DNA of 64,000 nucleotides from Raja brachyura (Eukaryota), in the NCBI GenBank assembly GCA_963514005.1, contig OY740813.1, positions 8,928,001 to 8,992,000 of the forward strand, given 5' to 3'. The position numbers and the translations under genes are program-made. Shown here piece by piece: positions 52,320 to 64,000 of the stretch. The notes beneath the pieces are model-generated. The model saw nothing but the letters and a program-made list of their open reading frames with translations, was not told where the DNA came from and did no database searches. How positions within the stretch are numbered: the stretch's first letter is position 1; each line of letters starts with the position of its first letter.

Positions 52320-52575
52320 ATACAGCATGGAAACAGGCCCTTTGGTGCACAGTCCATGCCGACCATTAATCAGCCATTCAGCTCAGTTTGTCCACTTTTG
52401 CATGCACTTCCTACATGTTTCTGGGTAATTTAGAGGCCAATGACCATGTGCGTATTTGGGGTGTGACGAAACTTATGCAGTCACAAAAAAATTATCCAAA
52501 TGGCATGCAGTCGGCACCCAGGTTTAAACCCAAGTCTCTGGTTCTCAGGCAGCAGCTGTGCCTGCCACTGTGCCA
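52320..52575 (-). mobile_element. V-SINE, old copy
   Basis: Begins with ACAGCATGGAAACAGGCCC and has a degenerate head. Confidence 0.6.
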
Positions 52576-53469
52576 AGTTGTCAGCAAAAGGAAGAGACAT
52601 GGTGCTGGGACATGGTGATTCTATCAGACAACTACTTCCCCCACACCCCACCTGGAACATCTAACAGTGAAGTGCTGTCCCTACCTTCCAGGGGTAGGGA
52701 GTATTGTAAATTATTATGAGCCTGGGTAGGCAATCGGCTAGCAGTTGAACTCTTCACCATGGTCAACAAACATGAGTTGGTATACACAAAATCTTTTCCA
52801 TCACTACTACAAACTTAGATTTCTAAAATATCCTCAACACGTTTCCTACACCATCAGAGGATCAAACATTCTCGTCCGCAGCTACCCCACATCAGTGACA
52901 AATATCACGCCACCCTTGCCTGCACTTTGGAAAATAAGACCTACTGCCTGTACCCCTTGGGCAATGAGAGTGCAGGTCTGAAGAACATTGTACAGAGCTG
53001 GCCAACAGAGGCTGAGCTGTGACTGCAACTGCTTGGGGCCCAGTACACTGGGTGATGTTCAAAGAGTTGGCAACAGGCAGGAATGAACATCCCATGACTG
53101 TTACTGACTTTAAAGAAATGTATTGAGTCCTCTAACCAGCAGCCTTGGATGAACCAGTAGAGCTGCAATCCACTGAGGACCAAATCTGTAGTGTTCAAAT
53201 TGGGTGATTGAGTTGTCCAGGTATGACCCCTGGAAGCCCATTGCAATCGGACACTTGCAGATCAAACTAGAGGTTTGGATAGTTGTTTGCCATCACTTCC
53301 CACAGTAGCTCAAATGAGAGTGATGCATCACTTTTCGACCAACTCGATGTTTACTATGCTCACTCTTAAAGGGAGTGCAATAATGTACATTCATGATGGA
53401 GCACACAGCCCCCAATTACTCTGGTCTCGGTCTTTGAGGCAGATGACCGAAGATCCTTCAAATAGTTGA

Positions 53470-54420
53470 ACCATCAAAGGATTCAGTCCTCATAATGCAC
53501 CTGGCTGCATTCTCAAAACCTGTGCAGACCAATTTGCTGGAGTTATAGCAGATAGCTTCAACCCCTCTATTACATTCTAAGGTACCCCACCACCATTAAA
53601 AGAACATCCATAATGCCAGTACCCAAGAAGAGCATGGTGATGCACCTCAAGTGACCAGCAGCGCACGTGACCATTCTCATGAAATGCTTAGGGGTCGACT
53701 ATGATGCATATTTGTTACTGCTGCAGTAAGGGCCTTGACTGCTCAACTTGCCCACTATCACAACAGATGACAGAGGATGTGATCTCACTGGTTCTCCACT
53801 CTGCACTGGACCTCTTGGAAAAACAGGAACAATTATGTCAGGCAGTTGTACATCAATTACAGATCACCATTTAAAACCCTTCCACACTAGCCCACAAACT
53901 ATAAACTGGATCTCTGCTCTTTACTATGTAACTGCATCCTCCACTTCCTCAAAGGGGGAGACCTTATTTATAATGGAATGGCAATAATACCTCACTAACC
54001 ATCGGTACAATGGCATGTCGACTTTGTGTTCAGTCCTCTGCTCGACACTCTCTATGACTATAGCTAGAGACCGCTCCAGCACCATCTTTAAATTTGTCCC
54101 ACACCCTGTGTGTGCATGCACCCTGATCGCACCCTCATCTTGCTGTTACCATTGGCAAGAAAGAACAGGAGCCTAAAAACAGTTAACCCAGGTTCAAGAA
54201 CGGCTTCCTCCCATTAATTATCCGATTCTTGAACCACGCTGCACAACCCTACCTGGAGCATTGGACCTCCATGGTCACTCTACATGTGGGTTTTTTCTGC
54301 ATCATTATGGCCTTACTGAAAGTAACCATATTTTTGTAGTCCTTGCATTTATTATGCATGTAAAGTGGCAGCGAGTAAGACTTTCATTGTTCAATGCATA
54401 GCACAATGCAATTGAAACCA
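53470..54420 (+). mobile_element. Decayed Rex1/Babar-like LINE; related 3' ends near 45-410, 14500-14760, 22420-22620 (-), 23490-23860 (-) and 54700-55030
   Basis: Degenerate LKTCADQFAGV...FN and IMPVPKK RT motifs, plus an RFKNGFLP-type C-terminus. Confidence 0.55.
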
Positions 54421-57400
54421 AAGTTTAGTCTTCACTTTGCTTGAGCTGAGCTGTGTAATAACTTGCTTGGGGGGTTGAGTTGGGACTCACTGGTACAAGT
54501 GCAGGACGAGTAAGCAGAAGAGACTCTAAGCTTGTTTTGACAAAGGTGTCTCCTGAAGGTTTAATAATTTTCAACAGGAAATGTGGTTTAAGGAGGCACA
54601 AGGATGGATTCACTGCTGATATGACAAGAAACTCAACACTATCTGAAAGTACCGTCAGGAATGGCTGCTGCCCCGGCTGGTCCCTTTTCTCTTTACTACC
54701 TGCTGAGAGATGGTACAGGAGCTTGAGAGTTAGGATGTCCAGACAGAAGAACAGCTTCTCCACAGCTCTCCAACTACGGAACCAATTGCTCTAAATACTC
54801 AATTTCTGGAGATGTTGCCACATCCTCTTAACTCTACATCATTTGGTTCTTCCAGTGTTGGACTTTAATTAATATTAATAGTTACCACTTCAGATCTACA
54901 ATCTTGCAACATTCTGTGTTGCACTTACATTTATTACATTTACCACTGCTGTGTGTATGCTGTTTACTTGTGAGCTTCATGTGAACGAGGATTTCATTGC
55001 GCCCTGGTGTATACAACAAACTCATCTGAATGTAATGTGACTAGTCAAGTACACCTGATTGTTCTAAGATTCTGGTTAGTTTGCTTTGAGTAATTTGCAA
55101 TTAGATTCCAGTGTTAGCTGGGGTGGTGCATGAGACACTGACTCTGAATCCATCCAAAGTGGAAGGGCTTTCTCTATCTTGCTCAAAGGTATTATGTTCT
55201 TGCATTGCTCCTGATCTCACACTTCCAGTGTGATAATGGACTTATTAACAATTGAACTAGTTATATTTTTAATCTGTTCATGATTTGCCCCTTCCTAGTT
55301 GCATTCTCTGGTGGCACGTATTTTTGTCGTTGATCATTCTTTCATTCAGTCACTGTAACCTTTTCTTCCCCACAGCTATCCAACCTTTTCCTAACTCCCA
55401 CTACCACCTCAGCCAGTCCTTTACATCTATTCATCAATCCTCTTGAATGTTTTACATTGGTTCCAGGTTCATGGGCACCTCAAACTTTATTTTTATTCTT
55501 GCATATTCCGTCTACTCTCTTTGTATCATCCTCCAGTCTGTCATCATCTTTGTATTCCTTCAATTCTAGCATCTTGCACATTCATAGGAACCTAAGATAT
55601 AAGGGCAGGACTTACAGACCCGTGGGGTCTGTAGATGGGGATAGTACAGCCCTTCTGTCTTGGTGTTGTTTGCCAGCACTATCTCCATCTTCCTCAATTC
55701 TATTAATGCCCAGAAATCTATGACTATAATGACTGAACCTCCTCAGCCTTCCATGGCAGAGAATTCCAAAGGAAGACCACCCAATGAGTAAAGCATGTTC
55801 TCCTCCGTTCCAAACTGCCATCATTCTCAAGTTATGCCTCCTGGCCCTAGATTCCTCTGCCAGTAGAAATCTCTTGTCTGCATCTCATCTGTCAAGCACT
55901 TTAAGAATTTTGTTTATTTTGATGAAAGCTCCTCTCATCTAAACTTAAGAAAACACTTCCAGTTTATGCAATTTTACCTTGATTAGCAAACCTGACATCT
56001 CTGGACCAAACTACTGAATCTTAGAACTTGGAACTGGACACCACAGGAACAGGCCTTTTGGCTCACAATGTCTGTGCTAAGCAATTATGCCAAGATAAAG
56101 TACTCATCAGCCTGCACATGATCCTTATCCTTCTGTTCCCTGCATATTCAATGACTAGTGCATCATCCTTGGGAAAGGTGACCAAAACCCATACACACTT
56201 CAGGAGTGATCTCATCAAGGTCTTGCACAATTGCTTTAAGACTTCCTTACTCCTGTATTCAAATCCTGGTTTAATTTGCCTTCTCCTTAAGCTCTGACGT
56301 TGACCCTCTAAACAGCTCCACCTCTCTTCTCTAGTACACTTCTTGCATTTCTGGTAAGATCCTAATGTCTCCTCGTGTGCTCCTGGTAATTTGTTAACTC
56401 TTTTGTGAAGCAGTTCTTCTAAAAACTGAAGTTTTTTTTTCTGTTAAAGCCAAAGAATAAACATTTTTTGAAATAAAATCTGTAGATACTGGAAATATGA
56501 AATAAAACGAAACATTCTGGAAATTCAGATGCTCCCAGGCAAGCTGAGTGTTCATAACACTTAATAAATGCAAATTGCTGTTTACTTTGGACTGCTGGCT
56601 GTTTTGTCAGATCTTTTTAAGCAGTGGTACCAGAATAGGTCCACTCCACACATCTCTGTATTATGTTTCATCCATCATGTATCTACCCATTTCACCATTA
56701 TGATCTGCTGCTTTGTTTCCAGTTGGTTTTTAAATTGTAAAATTTCAGAAAACAATGGGTGATGCCTGTGTCATTGATAGCACAGCGGAACCTTTCAACA
56801 GGTGGGGATTGCAAGATGGCTTCCCAATGGTCTAAGTTCAGAACGATGGGCAGAGGAGTTAGAGATCAGCTTCGAATAGTTTGGCGATTACCAGTGTATG
56901 CCGCGATGTGATTGTGCTGGAGAGAGTGCAGAAGAGGTTTACCAAGAAAGTTGCCTAGATCGGAGGACTTTTCCCCTGGAGCAAAGCAGTCTGAAGGTAT
57001 ATTAAAAATTGAGGCACAAGATCTTTTTCTCATGGAGGGGTATTGAAGTTAAAAGGGTTCAGGTATGAGGAAGGGGGTTTGAGTGGAACATTTTTCTTAG
57101 AGTGGTTGACATATGGAATAGGCTGCCCTAGGAGGTGGTGGAATCAGATACAACTTCAAGGTTTGAGATATTTAGACAGTCTAAACCTCTACATGCCAGT
57201 CTGAATAAGGATCCCAACCCAAAATGTCACCTGTCCATTTTCACCCCCAGATGCTGCCCAATCCGGTGAATTCCTCCAGTACTTTGTCTTTTGCTATGAA
57301 TCCAACATCTGCAGTTTCTCATATGACTATTTAGATGCTTGAATATATGAAGCATGGAAGAATACAAACTTAATGCATGTAAATAAGTGCAGTATAGACA

Positions 57401-57684
57401 ACAGAAAGATCAGCATTGATGTGGGGGATTAAAGGGCTTGTTTCTGTGCTATACAATGCAGATCAAGAAGGTACAAAGATAAAATGCAGGGCGCTATAAG
57501 CCTGTTAGTTTAATATCTATTGCTCACAGGATGCTGAATAATGTCAATAATCAAAAACAAAATAACTATTCATTTAGGAAAGTTGATCTAATCAACCCAA
57601 GACAACATGGCTTCATGAGAGGCAAATCAAAGTTTGACAAATATGCTTGAGTACTTTTGAGTAGATAGAGGGGAATCGGTAGAT

Positions 57685-57962
57685 TTAGTTAAGTTAAGAG
57701 ATATAGCCCTTCATTGCCTACTGACTCAATGCTGACCATCGATCACCAGTTGACACTAGTTCTATGTTATCCCACTTTCGTATCCACTTCCCACACACTA
57801 GTGGCAATTTACAGAGGCCAATTAACCACACACTGTGGAAGGAAACCCATGAGGTCACGGAGAATATGCAAACTGCACAGACAGTGTCTGTGGTCAGGAT
57901 AGAACCTGTGTCTCTGATGCTGTGAGGCAGCAGCACTACTCGCTCCGCCACAGTGCCACCCA
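57685..57962 (-). mobile_element. V-SINE
   Basis: Minus-strand head GGTGGCACTGTGGCGGAGCGAGTAG and B-box-like GGTTCTATCC. Confidence 0.7.
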
Positions 57963-58425
57963 CTGTTTCCTATACCGTGACTCTGTGATGGGATTTAGAT
58001 ATTGAGTGACTGATGAAATGTTAGCAAAGTGAGTTGAATACGTAAAGTGTGAGGTTGTGCACTTTGATAAGAGGAATCAAAAGCAAATTAATATCTAAAT
58101 GGAAAAAGCCTACAAATGATTGAATACAGAGGGATCTGTGTTCTTCGCATTAGGGTAATACTGTAGGTTCTGGTTCATCATGCTCAGCACCAAGTCTGTA
58201 CTGTTATCCCAGCCTGTGCTTTGCGTCAAGTGGCCCCGTCATTTGTGGATATCAAATGGAATTAATCAAATTACACAGAGACTGTGCTTTGTGATTGTGG
58301 AGGTTTTGGAAGACACCATGGTGGAGGATATAGATGCTTACGGGTCTTACCCTTGTTCATGTAATGTAAAGTAAGACACAATGCTGGAGTAATTCAACGG
58401 ATCTGGCAGTATCTCTCATTGCTTG

Positions 58426-59339
58426 ACAATAGACAACGGACAATAGGTGCAGGAGTAGGCCATTCGGACCTTCAAGCCAGTGCTGCCATTCAATGTGAAG
58501 CCATTCTTGCCGTAGAGGGAGCACCAGACTGATTCCTGGGATGGCAGGACTTCCATATGAAGAAAGACTGGATAGACTCGGCTTGTACTCGCTGGAATTT
58601 AGAAGATTGAGGGGGGATCTTATAGAGACTTACAAAATTCTTAAGGGGTTGGACAGGCTAGATGCAGGAAGATTGTTCCCGATGTTGGGGAAGTCCAGAA
58701 CAAGGGGTCACAGTTTAAGGATAAGGGGGAAGTCTTTTAGGACCAAGAGGAGAAAATCATTTTTCACATTGAGTGGTGAATCTGTGGAATTCTCTGCCAC
58801 AGAAGGTGGTTGAGGCCAGTTCATTGGCGAAATTTAAGAGGGAGTTAGATGTGGCCCTTGTGACTAAAGGGATCAGGGGGTATGGAGAGAAGGCAGTTAC
58901 AGGATACTGAGTTGGATGATCAGCCATGATCATATTGAATGGCGGTGCAGGCTCGAAGGGCCGAATGGCGTACTCCTGTACCTATTTTCTATGTTTCTAT
59001 GTGATCATGGCTGATCATCCCTAATCAGTACTCCGTTCCTGCCTTCTCCCCATATCCCCTGACCCCGCCATCTTCAAGAGCCCTATCTAGCTCTCTTGAA
59101 AGTATCCAGAGAACTGGCCTCCACTGCCCTCTGAGGCAGAGAATTACACAGACTCACAACTTCTGTGTGGGGGAAAAAGTGTTTTCTCATCTCCGTTCTA
59201 AATGACTTGCCCCTTATTCTTAAAATTTGGCCCCTGGTTCTGGACTCCCCCAACATCGGGAACGTGTTTCCTGCCTTTAGGATGTCCAAACCCTTAATAA
59301 TCATATGTTTCAATAAGATCCCCTCTCATCCTTCTAAAT
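58426..59339. mobile_element. Plus-strand CR1 (~58500-58998) nested in a minus-strand CR1
   Basis: The minus copy is interrupted at ATGTGA, duplicated at 58493-58498 and 58999-59004. Confidence 0.85.
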
Positions 59340-62009
59340 TACTGCTGAGTTACTCCAGTATTTTGTCTTTCTGTGGTAAAAACCAGCATCTGCAGTTCCT
59401 TGTTATCACATGTTATTCTTATAATGTGCTAGGCTCTGCCATCAATGTTGGAGCCTCTCTTTCCCATTTCTCTTTAATTAAGGATCACTGTTCATTCCTG
59501 GATTTGGCTTAGTGCATAGCGTTGGCCTGATCAATGGCAGCGGGATTGATAGTTCCATCTACACACTGCAGGGTCAGGTGATAAACATGTATGTAGTTCT
59601 CTGCTTTTGCTGCTTCAGATTTTTAGATATACCTATTTCTGCTCTTGACATGATCTTTTATACTCAATGACCCATGTTTGGTGCCTGCCTTGACAGTAAT
59701 GGTGAAGTGGGGAATCATTTGGGTCATGAAGTTATAGATTATACTGGAATACAATTCTGTCTGGTGGTCCACAGTGCCTTATGAGTGATAAAAATGAACT
59801 GTAGATGCTGGTTTATGTGGACACAAAATGCTAGAGTAAATCAATGGGTCAGGCAGCATCTCTGGAGAAAATGAGAAACATCATCTTGAGTGATGTTTCT
59901 CGTCCGGACTATTCAGACTGATTGTAGCGGGGAGGAACTGGAAGCAAGGAAAGGCATTTTCTCCAGAGATGCTGACTGACCCGCTGAATTACCCCAGAAT
60001 TATGTGTCTATCTTTTCGCGTTAGAGCACCCAGTTTTAGGGTTAGATCTTCCTTGAACCTCTCCCATTCATCAAAGTAATTCTGTCAAGACAGTAAGACG
60101 GAGGAACTTCTCAGAGTTAAGACGGGGCATTATTTCAGCAAGGTCAGTACAGTTATTATTCTCACCAATATGTCACAGGCAGATGCACCCTCAATTGGTG
60201 GGCTAGTGAGAAGGATAGTAAATTGGCTTTTCCCTCGTATTGCTTCTGTCTGGCGGCTATGCCCTGGAAGTCTCAGTAAGCAATGGTGTTATCAGAGCTT
60301 CATTATCACATTAAACTTCTCCACTCTTGCTGCCCACTGCATTTCTTCCAAGTGCATTCAACATGGCGAAAGGTGTATCATCATGAGGGTGGATGATGTG
60401 GCAATCCGTATCAATGTTACGAGCTTTGGAGCTAATGTTGGGGACCTTCCCTTCCATCTCGCCACTTATAGTGGCAATCCTTGCTGATACGTTATCTGAT
60501 CCCACACAGTCTTGAGCTTGTGTTGCGGTTTCCCAGGCATACTTCCTCCCTTTTGGTGGATCTTTTCCGCCATTTGGGAAGATGAGGTATCCTCTCAAAT
60601 GGGGATGGAGATATGAGAATAGAAGGCTATGGTATGTTCTCCAGGAATGTGGCATTAGATTGGATGGGATGTTGAAGAGTTTGGGATGGGATTAAACTAG
60701 TTTGCTCAATGGATTAAATGGTTTGACTGTGATGGAACATTTAAAGAATATATCGTATATGACAGAATCAAGTGCTAGGGTTGTAAATCTCCAGAAACTG
60801 TTTTGGTTTCTGCAACCTCCAGTAATGGTTCAGTTGATTAGTCTAACAACTACCAATAATCCTCACTCCACCTTCATTCAATGAGGGTTCGATTTTATAA
60901 CAGATGAAGAAAGGATGATACAACAGCGAGAGTTCATCTGACTGCGGAGAATTAAATCACCTGGCTGTCCCCGCTAAACCACGAATCAGCCACCCCAATA
61001 TCTTGCACAATCAAACAGGATGCCAACACGTGGTAACCATCATTGCCCAGTGGCATAGTTGTTGTAGCAGAGAAAGGGACCACTAGAAATGATCTGTCAT
61101 TTTATTTTTCAGAATCTGTGGGGTTGATAGTCTGACATGAATAATGATGTCGAGAACGGTCAGATTGAGGGTGATGTTCCATCAATGTACATGTTCTGTT
61201 CTTTCATGGAGTTTGAGAGTTGCTGGCAATGGCAACATGATCAGCAGCAGAAGGAATGGATTTATCAGGTGCTTGATGCTTTCTCCTGAATGATGTCAAA
61301 CTTTGAGTATCATAAAAGCTACACTCAACTACGTAAATGGAGCATTCCATTACGCTCTGAGCACATGGAAAGGTTTTGAAAATTCATTCATTATATAATA
61401 CCTATCCCTTGGGTTACTCAATTATTAAACAAATTATTTATTTGATTATCCAATTAGGCTTCAGGTCACTTATAATCCTCAAGATGTTGATCAAATCCCT
61501 TACTATTTACTGAAAAGGGAAGGTGGCTATATTCTCGCTTTGAGAGGGAGAAATAGTTTTGAGTAATAAAAACAAAATGTTAGAAATTGTTTTTGTCTTT
61601 TATTTCAAACATCCAGCATCTGCAGTTTTTTTTTGTGTTTTTAATTTGTATCTTCACATTTGAAGCAAGACTGTTCACCAAGCCTTTCCAAGTCAGGCTA
61701 TTATCATTGGTATTGTAGGTTATACTAGTAGTGTGTGTGCTATAGCAAGGTGCTCTTGAGAGTATTTTTAAGTGTTAGTTTGATGACTATGGTATAACAA
61801 TAGTAACTGAGGGGAAAGGGCAACTTAGAGAATGATAATAAAAATGATTGCAGTAACTCGGTGTTACCATGGGGGAATTTATCAGAATGTTTTTGTTGTG
61901 TTGTAGGCTATATTAAGTGCAGGGACGGTATGTACACCGTTGCCGAGTTCCTCGATTTGAAATTAAAAGCTTATTAAAGTTTAGGTACAAGATATCCTTG
62001 TGATTGAGG

Positions 62010-62471
62010 TTCACGAGATTGATCCCTGGGATGGCGGGACTGTCATATGAGGAAAGATTGAAAAGACTAGGTAGGCTTGTATTCACTGCCGTTTAGAAGG
62101 ATGAGGGGGATCTTATAGAAACATATAAAACTATGAAAGGACAGGACAAGCTAGATGCAGGAAAAATCTTCCCAATGTTGGGCGAGTCCAGAACCAGGGG
62201 CCACAGTCTTAGAATAAAGGGGAGGTCATTTAAGACTGAGGTGAGAAAAAACTTTTTTACCCAGAGAGTTGTGAATTTATGGAATTCCCTGCCACAGATG
62301 GATTTAAGAGAGAGTTGGGATAGAGCTCTAGGGGCTAGTGGAGTCGAGGGATATGGGGAGAAGGCAGGCATGGGTTATTGATAGCGGACGATCAGCCATG
62401 ATCACAATGAATGGTGGTGCTGGCTCGAAGGGCCGAATGGCCTCCTCCTGCACCTATTTTCTATGTTTCTA
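62010..62471 (+). mobile_element. CR1 LINE 3' fragment
   Basis: LGESRTRGHSLRIKG...RKNFFTQRVVNLWNSLPQ and a CTATGTTT tail. Confidence 0.88.
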
Positions 62472-64000
62472 AGATATTGTTGAATATTTTGTGGTGTCTT
62501 TTCTATGCATGACTGACTGCTATTCCACAGTCCAGCACTGTGGCTATTATAAATGGCAGAACCAGAAAAGTAATGTCCATAGATTATCTAACTGTATCAC
62601 TAATGAACCCATTACTGCTTTATTTACCACAGATTTCAATAAACGTGCCTGGATACTGATGTAGATGTCTGATTTTAACTCTAGATAACTCACCTATCTA
62701 ATTTTGACACAGATAGTCACAAAAAGCTGGAGTAACTCAGCGGGACAGGCAGCATCTCTGGAGAGACGGAATGGGTGAAGTTTTGGGTCGAGACCCTTCT
62801 TCGGACTCTCACTTTTGCCACTGTTCAGATTAGATCATGGTTCCAAATCTGTTTCCTTGCAATGTGTGGTTAGGACGTGCATTTAAGAAACTTTTCTATG
62901 ACTATGATACTGAACCAAGATATTGGTAGCAATACACTTTAGTGTCTCAATCCAAAGCCCTCACCACGGAGATACTCTTTATCCTTTGAAATCTTGCGGT
63001 GGTGAATCTGTGCTGGATTCTGTGATCCAGCACTCTCTAGTGGTACCTCATGTAAATGACACCTGCATCAAGTTCATCTAATGACTGTTGTAAAATGCTA
63101 TTTTTAGAAACTTGTTCAAAAGCCAGTGAGGATCGCCAAGTATCAATTTTACTGCATTACATTGGGTTGTAATATTGTCATCGTAAAAGTCATCTTAATT
63201 GGAGTATTCAGTTCAAGCAAATATTGTAGCATTCATTAAGATTTTAATCAACAAATTGAATAGTGGGCATCCAAACCAGACTTTCTAAAAGCTGTTGATA
63301 CCGTGGGTCACTTGAAAATGTCAAAACTGCACACAATAGATTTTTGGTGGGTGACGATATCAAATTACTCAAAGAAAGCATGTAGCTAGAGTTAAGATAT
63401 ATCTGCCATAATCTAATTGAATCACAGAACTGGATTGAGGTGATGAATACCTTCTTGTTTCTATATTCTGTATATACTTTAATTCTTCTGTAGGCACCAG
63501 ATTGCACAGGGTTTTGGTTCTACAGGCTCCAGCTACCCACTGTCTTCAGAAATGAGGCAAAAAGTAGATTTTACCCACACAAGATGACAAATTAACCACT
63601 GGCATTGTTGGGTGGAGATTGGAAATATTTAGCCAACAGAGTCTGGAGTCGCTTCTCATTTCCATTCCCTCTCTGTGATTCTTTCCCAGGTCTCTAGGGA
63701 ACTTATTATCATATCACCTATCTTCCCAGGTTTTGCCCCCTGTCTTCGGAAGTCATAATCTCAATGTCCTAAAGACTGCTTGAGCATGGTCATCCCATGA
63801 TGTAGGAAATGAACAGATAATTGGCACCAAACAAAATGTCTTAAAAATAAATGTGAAAATGGTCAGACAAATCTATTTTAATAGAATTTGCTAATGAAAC
63901 TTTCATTTGTGCCTTTGTTACTTCTAGATTTGCAACTTACACCCTCAATAAACCTGAGCATGTCCAAAACTACAGGGATCCTTCGATTCACGAAATGAAT

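Overview
This is AT-rich vertebrate genomic DNA. The HE1/V-SINE, CR1 (HER1-like), Penelope and Tc1 repeat content points to a cartilaginous fish, probably a skate or ray (inference). The only host gene is an intronless IER5L-type immediate-early gene (46810-47661, +), with a compact CCAAT/GC/AP-1/TATA promoter and a ~1.6 kb 3' UTR. The rest is intergenic and rich in mobile elements: a decayed Gypsy LTR element with an ATCT TSD, a Passport-like Tc1 nested in a Penelope end, a Harbinger-like non-autonomous element with cargo, a young 5'-truncated Neptune-type Penelope element with an open RT+GIY-YIG frame, and many CR1 and V-SINE copies. Two ribozyme-bearing non-autonomous retroelements stand out. 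(1) A ~140-bp element present in two copies (32405-32543 +; 45584-45724 -). It consists of a minimal 54-nt HDV/CPEB3-like ribozyme, a stem-loop and a (GAA)n tail, and its 5' end, fixed by the TSD, falls exactly on the predicted self-cleavage G. (2) A ~225-bp fold-back element built from the Penelope 3' end, with a hammerhead-like core on both strands, a fixed asymmetric geometry and its own 11-16 bp TSDs. All structures were read by eye and none were computed.
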